Assembly: GCA_030141605.1 (NCBI GenBank)
Contig: JAQGDQ010000592.1
Coordinates: 69,774-133,773, forward strand
Origin: Tubiluchus corallicola
Lineage: Eukaryota > Animalia > Priapulida
Direction of reading: 5' to 3'
DNA: 64,000 nt
Every line of letters starts with the position of its first letter. Position 1 is the stretch's first letter. Made by a program: the position numbers and the translations under genes. Below are positions 1-11,200 of the stretch, piece by piece. The notes beneath the pieces were generated by a model. The model saw nothing but the letters and a program-made list of their open reading frames with translations, had not been told where the DNA came from and made no database searches.

Positions 1-115
1 TATGAGCATAATAATCTACAGTTTTTGACATGAGTATACTCACAGGTTTGGGCTGTCGGTTATTCAGTCTTAATTATTTATTCTTCATTTCATATATCTT
101 ATTTACCATTCATAG

Positions 116-3100
116 GCAGCTGATATAAAGTGTTTATGCTCAGATGTACAACTGCTCACATTTGCAGAATTCTTTTGCACAGATAGTGACAAAGCTTCAC
201 AGGTAATGGCTCACATTTATAAATGCTATTGTTAGCTTTTTGGTAAGTAGTATAAATTTAAACTATGCTTTATAATTGTAACATAGTGTTTCTCCTCATT
301 TGTTCTGACTATCAATTTTTTTGTGTAATTGCAACTAATATGCATGGAACTGGGCATCTGTTCTACATTGAAGGCTCAAGGACAGGGCCCGGGCATAAGT
401 TTATATAACAAGAATTTTGCTTCATTGCCTTTCAGCATTGTCTAGAAAAAGATACTCAGCAGATTGCACTGGCTTTCTTGCACGAGTGTGCCACTCATGA
501 GAAAACGGATGTTCTGTGTCTACTGCTTGCATCAAGCATGGTATGTATAGATAAGTGGTAATGGCAATAAGTCTACAAATTTTCTGAAAATTACAATAGA
601 CCTCATTGATAATTTGACATTTTATTTTCCCACTGTCAAGTATTTAAAATAAACAACAAGTATTTGATTGAGTACATCATATACAGAAGCCCTGTAAAAA
701 TCTGTCATTTCCTCAACAGGCTGCTCAAAGGATTCACGAGCAGGAGACAACAATGTTGGATATATGGCAGTTAAAATTGCTTTTGGCACTGCAACAAGCA
801 AATTGTGATGAGGAGTTACTGGTAACTGAGTGCAAAGATTGGTTGGCAAGCATCATCCAAAGTAACTTGGCTTCCCATTTGAGTAAGTTATACTTGGCGA
901 TTAAAATTTTGAGAAGCTTTGATAGTACTATAATTGATTTCGATACACTGATGCTTTCCAGTGTTTGCATGATGATAGTCTTAGCTTAATGTTAGTACTA
1001 AATCACTACTCTCATTCTTTTCTGATTCACTTCAAAATTCCAACACAGTTCTACCCTATTTTGTTATTGCATTCTTGTTTACAGTGTTAAAATGTTTATA
1101 CTATTATTCTCAATGTTAAGGATGCTTCTTGTATTTCATTTAATAATGTTCATAATGGATGATTAGCCTATGAGTAAGATTAGAGAGCTCTTGCAAGAGT
1201 TTACTAAACAAACAAGAGCGACTTTGTTCCTGTACTGGTTTAGAAATACAAGTGATCAAAATGGCTTGCTAGTCAAATCTTTCTGCTATATGTTATGCTT
1301 ACTCGTTGAGCTCGCTAACCTAAGCAAGGCCAGGGATATTCTACTTTGAAAACATGGGATGTACTGTAACAATGTTTTTGAACAAGTTTTCTTTTGAAAT
1401 ATGAGAGAGAGCTGTCCTGACACTTAACATCATTAAACATCATTAACATCATTAAAAGTAATGCCCTTTATAGTCTCAAAGATTATAATATTTATTCAGT
1501 AGCTTTCGCCCTAGGGGGCCTCATCAGCTAAAAATAACAAGTAAAATATTAAAACATTATGTACCAATGTAAGAACATTAACTTCAAAACTGTAGCTAAA
1601 CAACATAGCTAGCCATGTTGTTAGAACGATACTTCTCTCTCACAGACATTCCAAAGTGGACACATGAGCATGTGAAAACAAAGTACCCTTCCTTGTTCGA
1701 AAAAAGCTTAAAGCCGTTTTTGATAAAATGGAAAAGGCAGGGGATCATAGCTCCTGTCACAGAACCTACTGAGTGGGTATCAAGTATGATTGCCGCAAAA
1801 AAGAAAAGTGATGACGAACTTAGAATATGCGTAGATCCCTAAGGTCTTAACAAAGCTGTATTAAAACTATATCATCCAATGCGCACAATCAAAGAAATTG
1901 TAGCAGATATGCCTGATGTGAAGGCGTTTTCAGTACTAGATGCAGAGAGTGCTTTCAGGCAGATAAAACTAACAGAAGAATCATCTTACTACACAACTAT
2001 GAGTACACCATTTGGCATATATAAATTCTTAGTGGTCCTATGCGGTACAAGCCCATATTCGAAGTTTTCCAGGCTACCCATGTGAAATTGTGATAGATGA
2101 TATTCTTGTGTGGGGCAAAGATGAGGAAACTCATAGTGCCAACCTGAAACGAACAGACTTGACAGAGCTCAGGAAATTTGATCTAAAATTAAGTTTGATT
2201 GACATGAGTAAGATTGCTGTTGACAACGTACAGTACTTCGGTTTTGTGCATCGTAAAGACAGATTGCATCAAGATGAGCAGAAGATAAAGGCTATCATTG
2301 ATAGCCAGAGCCAACTCATTCTAAAGCTTTGCAAAGATTTCTTGGCATGATCGGCTATTTGGCTAAATTCTTTAAAAGCCATGGTCATATAACAGCTTCA
2401 CTACATGAATTATTTCACAGATTAACAGATGTGCACAAAAAGGCCATGAAGACGATGAAGATCCTCAATGCTATGAAGTCATGAGTGTTCTTCCAGTCTC
2501 TAGAAAACCGTAAACTACATCAGCAAATGTGGTACGATAAAAATGCCAGGCCACTGCAACCTCTTAAGGAATACGATGTAGTAAGACTACAAACTGACAA
2601 AGGATTTAATACAATGGGAATAGTGAAAAGGGCAGCTAATGAACCAATATCTTATTGGATTGAATCACATGGAACAGAATTCCGACGCAGTCGAGAACAT
2701 CTCTTGAAGACAAGAGAAGTGCATAAACCTGTGCCACCTAAGGTCCCAGTGACTATTGCACCTAGAATTACAGATCACACATCAGAGCAACAAACACAAG
2801 CAAGATGAACAGATTCAATGTGGTGATAGAAGCAGCAAAGTTAGTGGTAGCATTATAAAAAAACCTGCAAGATTCCTTGAAGAATTTTGAACTGTATATG
2901 CATCATATAATTGAGTTTTGCGCTGATTGAACTTTGAGCTGTTTAAAATGTTTGTTACTGCCAATATTGTATTACAATGTTTTGAACGTTTTGAATTGTG
3001 AAGTTTCACGTTTAGTTTTGTGGTATCCTGATAACATTTTAAGTAACTGGTCATTACTATTAAGTTAAAATGTTGCAGACAATCCTAATTTGAATTTACA

Positions 3101-6100
3101 GTTTTCGTAGTTTCCCTGCTTCATAATGAGCATAATGCATATACATCTTATGACTATAGTGTTAAGGCTAATTAATATTTCAATTCTTAAAATGATGATT
3201 GAATCTTTTAAAAGGTGTAAGATGTAACGGTGCACCTTATTTGTGCTAGATCTTAGATAAACCTGTTAACTGTTTTATGCTTTCGTAGAAGTATCGTTCT
3301 AACAACGTGGGTCCTTGTATAATTAGATTTATACCTTATCTTAATAAACATTTTGTGAAGTTTCCAACAGAATTGTTTGTGGTGGGTTACATTGAGTGAG
3401 ATTGCACTTGGACTTAAAATCAAATAAAGATCAACTAAAATAGCAAGAGTAGAAAGTAAAATAAGATAAAATACAAAATATATGAAATAGTTTTTAGTTA
3501 AAATACTAAAAGCACCGAGGGATCAACAGAAGGAAACAAAATAAAAATATAGATTAAATAAGGCAACTAAATAAAACTCAGTTTAACAGCTGCCATCATT
3601 TCTCCAAATTTTTAATTTTTTTTATAAGTTCTGATTCAGCAAAAAGCCTGTCAACATGGTCTTTAGCTCTGTAGAGGATGTACAATGGATTTTGTAATGT
3701 TCACCACAGGTACGATTCTTGCAGTCCCTAATGTGCTCCATAAGGCGGTCCCTAACAGGCCATTTGGCTTGACTCACATATATCTCATGGCAAATATTAA
3801 AATCTAGTTTATAAATTGCGCAGGTACCAGTAAATTGATCCTTTAACCCACAGAGACACACAATACCTACAGGGCAAGAGGTAGGGAGAAGTAAGGAAGA
3901 GACAAGAGATTACTCTTGAGGGTATTAATGTTATTCTGTATTTTTAAACTGCCATAAATTTTGTAAACCTCAGTTTCAGGTTACTAGCACTTCTATCCAT
4001 GTATGTTAATTTATTCTTTTTGCTTTCATTTATTAATTTTTATTCTGGCAAAAACCAATTATATAGTTCTGTGTTTTTTTTATGCAGTCATTTATACTCT
4101 TTCTCTAACTTAGTATATTTCAAACCAATGTTATTTAGCTTCAATTTTGTATTTGATGTTCTTACATTAGCACATATTGTTTTAACATTTTATGAGGCCC
4201 AACATTAGCTATTGAATAAATATTGTAATCTTTGACAGGGCATTACGTTTATATCTGTTAAGTTTTCTTTTCTTTTTGTTTAAAAGTCTGTCTACTAAAA
4301 ACTGAGGATGTATTTGATTTAAAATGAAAATGTAGTGATTAAAGACTACTGAAATTATTGGAATGGAAAGCCAAACAGTTATCTGTTAATAATGAATAGT
4401 CTTTCTTAGTGAATAATAGCTAACATGTTTTTGCAGACGAAGAAGTGTTGTTAGAGTATTTACTAGGAAACAACATTCATCTACCTCTCCTGGTACCATA
4501 TTTGCACTCACTAGCTGCTTTTCTCGTGTTTAGTGATATTCCCACTCATGGCCAACTTGCTCAAATACACACTGAAGGTAAGATCTTATTGTTAATTATT
4601 ATATGTGTAGAATTAATGTAAATTGCTATTCATATGGTAAATATAATGAGTATTAGGGGCCCATATTCAAAGTTTAGGAACTTTTGTTAAATTTTAGCTC
4701 TGTTTTCTATTCTCATAGTTTTGTAGTTGAGTAAATAAATGTGTGGTACACAGTTGATTTTCAAGATCATGGCAAATAGGTATCATTTAATTATGAAAGA
4801 AATTCTAAAACAACCATTTTTTTAAAAAAATTATCAAGATTTTGAGGATGTAATTGTAAATGAAATTTAAGTAGACAAACATGAGGGAAAAGTTTTTAAA
4901 ACGACTGAAATCTTTCTACACTTTAGATTTCCTTATATCCTTGAATAATATGACAAATAATATACAAATCCAGTTGGTTTTAGCAATAAACTTATTCAAA
5001 AACATCCACTGATAGACAGAATGTGGAAAAATAATTCTTAAATCAGAGGTTTGTTATGCCCCGTGTCATGCTACGTTGTTTTGCAACTCTGTAAAAAAAG
5101 TAATGTTTTTGTAGTTTTTTTTGTAAAAGTTTAAGATTTTGCTTTAGAGATCGTCAAAAAGTAATAGTTGAACCACGTCATCTAATGCATTACATTAAAA
5201 CTCATGGCAATTCTTCGTCATTGATGTCTGTTTGTGTTTTCATCATGTTGAAGCTACAAATATTTACAAATTGAAAAACTAAGGCAATGTGAAATATGCA
5301 GGATGTTCAGATTTTGAAATTAATTATTTTCAGGAAAGCCCAGTCTTCCTGAACTAGTTCTGCGATTGCAATCTTTTCATTTGCCGATTAGTACTGTGAT
5401 GAAGTTACTGGCGATTATACATTCACAATCTAGTTCGTGAGTTATATTTTCAGGTAACTGATAATTGATGTTGCATCGTCATTACCGTAAATTATGCAAC
5501 ACGTGGAATAAAGCCAATTTGCAGAATTCTTTAAATGTTTCTTCATAATTGCATTACGTGGCAGTTTGGTGCTTGTGATGTGCAAAACAGCTAACTCATT
5601 CATTTTTTGTTATCAGGAAGGTCATTCTAGATCCTGTTGATTAGCCTATGTCAAGGTAACAATTTATTGCTGTAAATCCTTGTGTTATTTTCTCGTTGAA
5701 AGAAGGACATTGATCAAGACATGCATAGAAGAAAATGAACTTGCTTGTGGTTTATTACGCTTCCATTCTCTAAGTAATACCTGAATAATGAATGGTGGAA
5801 CATCTTCGTGTTCACACTACAAAAAGAGGACCGAGGCATCATCAAGCATGATATTCATACTCTTAATCTATGAAAGTGAACAGTCTTAATCTTCTAGTTG
5901 TTTTTGAAACATATTTTTGCTTGAGAATTTTGATAAGTACCAGGAATGCAGCCATCCATTCCACCTACCATAATGGAAGTTGGTGTCAGAATCAGCAAGC
6001 ATTTTTTGCTAGCTTTCTATAGTTAATCTATCTTTCACAGTCATACAAATTCAATTTTAACTATTATAGCAGCAACACTTCGATGTACATAAGATAAAAA

Positions 6101-7995
6101 CAAAAAACGTTTTATTTTAAATAATTATTATTCATTGCTTGTATCTTCAATGTCTTTTTACTATAATGTGTTTTGAAAGTGGAAGGTGTGCTAAATTTTC
6201 AGTATTATAATATAAAACACAAAAATGGTCACAAGCCATCTTAATCTTTAATTTTTGGTCATTAGTGCAAAAGAAGAAAGGTTTCCATAGTGACTGTCAA
6301 ACTTTATATCAAAATATGATTATATCTTAAACTGACTAAGTGCTAGAATTTAACAAGAATTTGGGCTCTGACTAAACCAATTTAAATCCTTTTATTTCAG
6401 GCTGTGGTATTTAAAATAATTAATATTCAGCAGATGTTTCCCATATTTTTCAGTTTTTCCAGAATATGCACAAGACATTTGCAAGTGAGGATTAATCGCA
6501 CATTAACATGTTTAGGGTTTTGTTTTTGACCTGTCTTGGCTAAATAACTACATTAACACCAAGTGGCAATGCAGAATATTATGGTGTGTCAAAATCGAAG
6601 TCTTCATCTATGGCCAACTCAACCAGGTTCACTAGTTGAAACAACTACTCTCTGAACATAATTAAAAACAACAAATTCTGCAGAAGTCGTTTTATTGTTG
6701 CAAATGCCTTGTTGACACAAAATTCATATTAAACATGCACAAAACATGTTCAAAGCAGCACAGTGCTAGACAACAGTACACAGACATCAAAATATTACTG
6801 AAGCAAATCTGGATGAATACGTCTTTTCCAATTTTATTAGCATTCATTTAGAGTCGAGATACAGGCAGTGAAATGAAATGCCTCTAGAAAACGAAGAACT
6901 GTGAGTAATTGCTGAATTGCGACAAAACTTATAAATTTTCACTTTGAAATTAAACTTTAACAGCTACATTAGAACCTCTGGGTTTATAAAATCGAACATG
7001 TACACAATGTCATGTTAAAAAGTTGTGAAGTTTAAAACTGTAAGGACATTTCCGTTACAAGAAAATAACAAATGCTATTTATATCTTGTCACCTGTTCCT
7101 ATAACTGTAACTAGACAAATTCTGCTCTAGCATTGAAAACAATTTTTGCTGTTTAGAATACGAATATATATATATATATATATATATAACAGCTATCATT
7201 CAAAACTGTGATAATTATAAATATGAAAAAAACTAACACCTGCAGACATAACTAATGACTAGCAAAGTAAGTTTTTACCCACTGGCGGTCTTCTTACTGT
7301 TTTCTTAAACTCAGTAACAAAAGAGTGCAGATGTTATGAAGACTGAAGATTAACAATTGTTGGAAAATTAAAAAGGACTGTGAGAATTTCTAAATATCTT
7401 CCAGTGTTCTCTAATCAAGTGTGGAAAGAACAGCGCACTAAATAAGATCATCTAATTAATTCTGCTTAGCAATCATATTTATGTACATTTTATTTCATTT
7501 ACATTTCTATCTGGTTAATATATGTACAATCTACATTACAATTTCTTCTTTGGTATATTTCATTTTCTAATTTAATATAATATAACCTTTGTTTTTTTAT
7601 CACAATTCATTTTTACCTCCACAAATAATTGCTAATCAGTTACCCTGTGCTGTTCCTGTTACAGTTTAGGTAAAGTAAGCCTACACAACAATTAAGTGGA
7701 ATCATTAAATGAAAATTGCTTCATCTACAAATAAAGAAGCCAACAAGATTATGCATCAAAGTATGTTAGCTACTACGTAATTTCATTTTCTTTTGTTCTT
7801 TTTAACTTTATTGAACAAATAGACGTTCAGAAATGTGCAAAGCAAAACACAGTCTGCCAAATGCATTCTCTAATGCCGAGTGGTAAGCCATCGCTGCTTC
7901 TGTCCAAGTTGCTTGGCTGCATAGTTATAGCATCAGTTCTTTCTATTAACTCCAAACAAGCCCTGGGTACGGGATGCTTTTACAACTATCCTTAA
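116..7995 (+). CDS. ANAPC1: Anaphase-promoting complex subunit 1, 3' exons (gene begins left of the window)
   Basis: GT-AG, phase-consistent exons: 116-202 (AADIKCLCSDVQLLTFAEFFCTDSDKASQ), 436-540 (HCLEKDTQQIALAFLHECATHEKTDVLCLLLASSM), 720-882 (AAQRIHEQETTMLDIWQLKLLLAL...), 4437-4577 (EEVLLEYLLG...HSLAAFLVFSDIP...HTEG). They are colinear with the remembered human APC1 C-terminus (FTSDPALLSFAEYFC..LYECVTQE..LWQIKLVL..LACFLVYHSVP..LEG). Terminal exon 7823-7995 (in phase, TAA at 7993-7995) is less certain. Confidence 0.8.
1495..1532 (-). ncRNA. Minimal (Penelope-type) hammerhead ribozyme motif
   Basis: Minus strand UUUAG-CUGAUGA-G-GCCC(CCUA)GGGC-GAAA-GC-UA-CUGAA: conserved core, 4-bp stem II, palindromic AGCU stem III, stem I UUUAG/CUGAA. 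Predicted cleavage between 1500 and 1499. Confidence 0.65.
1615..3369 (+). mobile_element. Ty3/Gypsy LTR-retrotransposon remnant (decayed RT, post-integrase tail, putative 3' LTR)
   Basis: RT motifs GIIAPVTEPTEWVSS..LRICVDP*..FSVLDAESAF..TPFGIYKF..IDDILVWG..FLGMIGYLAKF with stops and frameshifts. 2485-2808 (QQMWYDKNARPLQPL..SYWIESHGTEFRRSREHL) is the typical Pol C-terminus. A purine-rich tract at ~3210-3222 precedes a TG...AATAAA...CA segment 3223-3369. RNase H, integrase core and 5' LTR are absent. Confidence 0.9.
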
Positions 7996-8214
7996 TGACA
8001 CAAACTTGCCTTGGTGTAACCTTGTCTTATCTACAAACTTGGTTTGTACCTCAAATATATTTATTTATGGCAGATGTGATCATAATGCTCCGACATTTAC
8101 CACAACTTTATTTTCTTCCCTGTAAATAATAAATATTTATTACACTTGAAACCCCAATAAATTCTTGCAACGGTTGAATAATTTTTGTAAAAAAACAGAA
8201 CAATGCTAAATAAT

Positions 8215-11200
8215 TTACCTAGATTCGTAAAATTTATTAGACCTGTGCCGCACATCATAGTAATGCCTAGCGGGACGAGGGGACAATTCAAAGCCTCTGT
8301 TGTGCATCTCTTCACGCTCTGCTTCTATTTCTCTTCGCCTTTCATCTTTGTCCATCTCAAATATTAGTGACATATGTTGGGGTGAACAGGCGTCTATAAT
8401 TGCTATAATAGCACCGACAAATATGCATAACGTACCTGAAAAGAGATTTCATAAATTCATAATTTATTTAATGTCAAATGCATCTCTTTTAAGTTTAGCT
8501 ATTTTAAATTTTGCTTTAGATGATTCTTTCATAACTGAATTTGAAGCATGATGATTTAAAGGATTTTAGAGAAAACTGGTGACATAGAAGGCAATATTTT
8601 AGGATGACCAGTGAATTCAGAAGTAATCAAGCAGTGTGACAAGGAAAGTTTGGATGCTTAGTGCCTTTGCTTAGTGCCTTTAATTTCAGTTAAGATATGT
8701 TGACCAAGCAAACAAGATTAAGGCTAGAAAAGAATAACAATATTGCTTATTTTCTCAAAGGTTTAACAAATGGCGGCATCAGCTTAATTTCAATTACAAA
8801 TTTTACAATTTTTGGAGCACAACTCAATGAAATCTCTAGAATTTTCTTCAGACTGTAACTTGTTAATTGTTAGTTATTATTCAATATGTTAAAAAAATAA
8901 GAAATTTTGAACATGTTTTTCATTACTGTGTTACACATACAAAACATTTTTTTACAACCGTAATATGATAAAATTATGATGAACAAACTTTCGCAAGCAG
9001 TGTGAAAAACCCACAAGTTTGCATTGCCATGTGGAAATTTTTTTCTAATACTCACGGTAACTTGTGTCGGAACCCCCATATTTTTTGTGCATTTGCTAAA
9101 CTTGTTTGAACTTTTATTATGGGTCATTATATAGCAAAAGTGAAAAAGTGACCTTCAGCTGCTGTCAAATCCATTTGCAAACAGAAAGATAAATTTGCAT
9201 TCTTTTGGTTAAAAAATGCCACAAGCTAAGCAGCAGGCACTTATGAAATCAATTTTACATTAGTAAAGGGGACAAATTTGGCTCTCACCTGTTGCCATCA
9301 CTAACCAGTAGCACCATCCAAATTTGAACTTCAGCACCTCTTTGTCAAAATGTATTTCTAAATCATACTTAGGTAGCAGCAGGTAATATAGTCCATTTGT
9401 CAGAAGTAGAACAACTCCTGTTAATATCATACTGTATGCTCCATATCTCATTACCATACAGAATAGAACATTTCCAACTAACCATATTGCAAATGCAGTC
9501 CTAAAAGAGATGTTCTATATTGAAATTGCACTTGTTTAAATCAACTTTTTAATTGCCCTTCTTTGATAATTTGAATAGCAGTTAAAATTGGATTCTCTGC
9601 TGTTGCTGCTGAATACTGAAAACATTTTTCAGAAATTGCTTTTACAACTGTCAATTTAAATTATCCGTTGATTATAAATATACGTGTACAGCGATTGGCT
9701 TAGAATGCTGAGTATCTGAATTCCAGAGCAGTAGAAGCATAAAAATGTTCTGGCTTTCTAATATTTTTTCTCACTCGTAAGCAGTTAAGATTTAATTAAG
9801 TAGAGCATTTAATTTGGTGAGAATATTCCACAGATCCTTTGTAAGTATGTTATTCAGTATCAAAAATAATATAAATACCATATTACTATTAAAATCATCA
9901 TGCACAACGTTATTAAAATTAGAATGAGATTTGAACTTTATGCAGCGAGCAAGCTCACGAATTGTACATAACTAAAATCTACCAAAACTTTAAAGTACTT
10001 TAACTTTTTGGAAGCTGTTTATTTCTCAAAGCTTTTCAGAAACTGTTTACTGTGTGGAAAAATTTTTATGAACAAAAAACCTAGACGGAAAATTCAGCTA
10101 AAATATTCGTCTGACATAAAACACATTATTCTACAAACACTTGTTGTGTGCTAATTTTATATTTCGTTTGTATGCAGAATGAATTTAATTTAAGAAGTCC
10201 AAAAGATACTTCAAAATATTAATTATACACGAGAAATAAGTGCAACGTGATTGTTATTGTAATATTATAACGGTACAATTAAAAAACACAATTAACAAAG
10301 TCAAGAAGTGTAAAAATCTTGCTTTTCAAAGCAGCAAACTTTTGAGAGAATCTGAGAAGTTGTTTTTTAAATTTGGAACTTTTCCAAGCAATCAGGTTGT
10401 CTGATTTTGCACTGGGAAATGCTTGTCACATGCCTCTGCGTGCTACGAAAGTGGCGTGAAAGCAGGCTTATCCAAACTCTTAATGATAATTTAAGCATGG
10501 GAAATTTTCTCTCTTACAGTAATTAATACTACTAATTATGACTGTACTTGCCAGAGCATCATGTATGAATAATATCCTGCCGATCTGTAGCACCGTCCCC
10601 AAACAAATCCTTCCCTATCCACACTGAAATGTTCGGCTACAGTTAAAATAGGGTAAGGTAAGCCTTTTACTAAAGCTTCTTTGTGACCATATTTGGCGTC
10701 TTCCACTGCAAAAAACATATTATGAGGCATACACATTTTGATTTTAAAAAACATAATTAAAATTTTGCAATAGCAAAATCTTGTTAATTCACATAGTTGT
10801 TAATCCTCGATATAGGAGCCAAAATGTGGAAATCAGCGCCGGTATTACTTCACATCTTCTCATAGGGCCTTTCAGTTCTTTCAATTTTTTTTCACAAGTA
10901 TTTAGGTATTGTAAGGTAGATGTGCCTTTTGGGTTTTAAAAAGCTGGGATTCCTTAGGACCCGAGATAGCATGCAAAGCCAGAAAATGGTAGTTTTTCCT
11001 CCTGCAGTTTTTGAATTAGCGCCAACTAGAGTGGCCCAAGTTTTTACGAATGGCTGAATAGTGAATATAGGTCATTTGGATAATGAAAAAAAATTACGCT
11101 AGGGAGAAAAACTTAAAATAAGTGGGTCGGCTTAGATCTGTTTCCAGACTTCAAGAATAGTGGCTTGTGGTGCGTCCGAGGTCTCAATGAGACAAATTTA

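Larger units (their letters stand above)
1455..4250 (-). mobile_element. Degenerate Penelope-like retroelement with inverted terminal segments, interrupted by a Gypsy remnant
   Basis: ORF 3622-3861(-) AIYKLDFNICHEIYVSQAKWPVRDRLMEH...CGEH matches the PLE GIY-YIG pattern VVYxIxCxxC..YIGQTxRxLxxRxxEH. About 1455-1524 and 4191-4250 are inverted copies of each other, and the left copy holds a hammerhead core. Confidence 0.7.

Noticed and set aside
1-45. Possible additional ANAPC1 exon ending CAG|GTTTGG
   Set aside because: The frame needed to join exon 116 contains a TGA, and other phases hit stops in the next exon.
4990-6050. Faint BED-finger/hAT transposase-like fragments
   Set aside because: Too decayed; no continuous motif or TIR pair that I can support.
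8212-8220. AG|GTAAAT overlapping the DUOXA stop codon as a possible donor to a further exon
   Set aside because: No downstream exon identifiable, protein length is already typical, and poly(A) signals follow closely.
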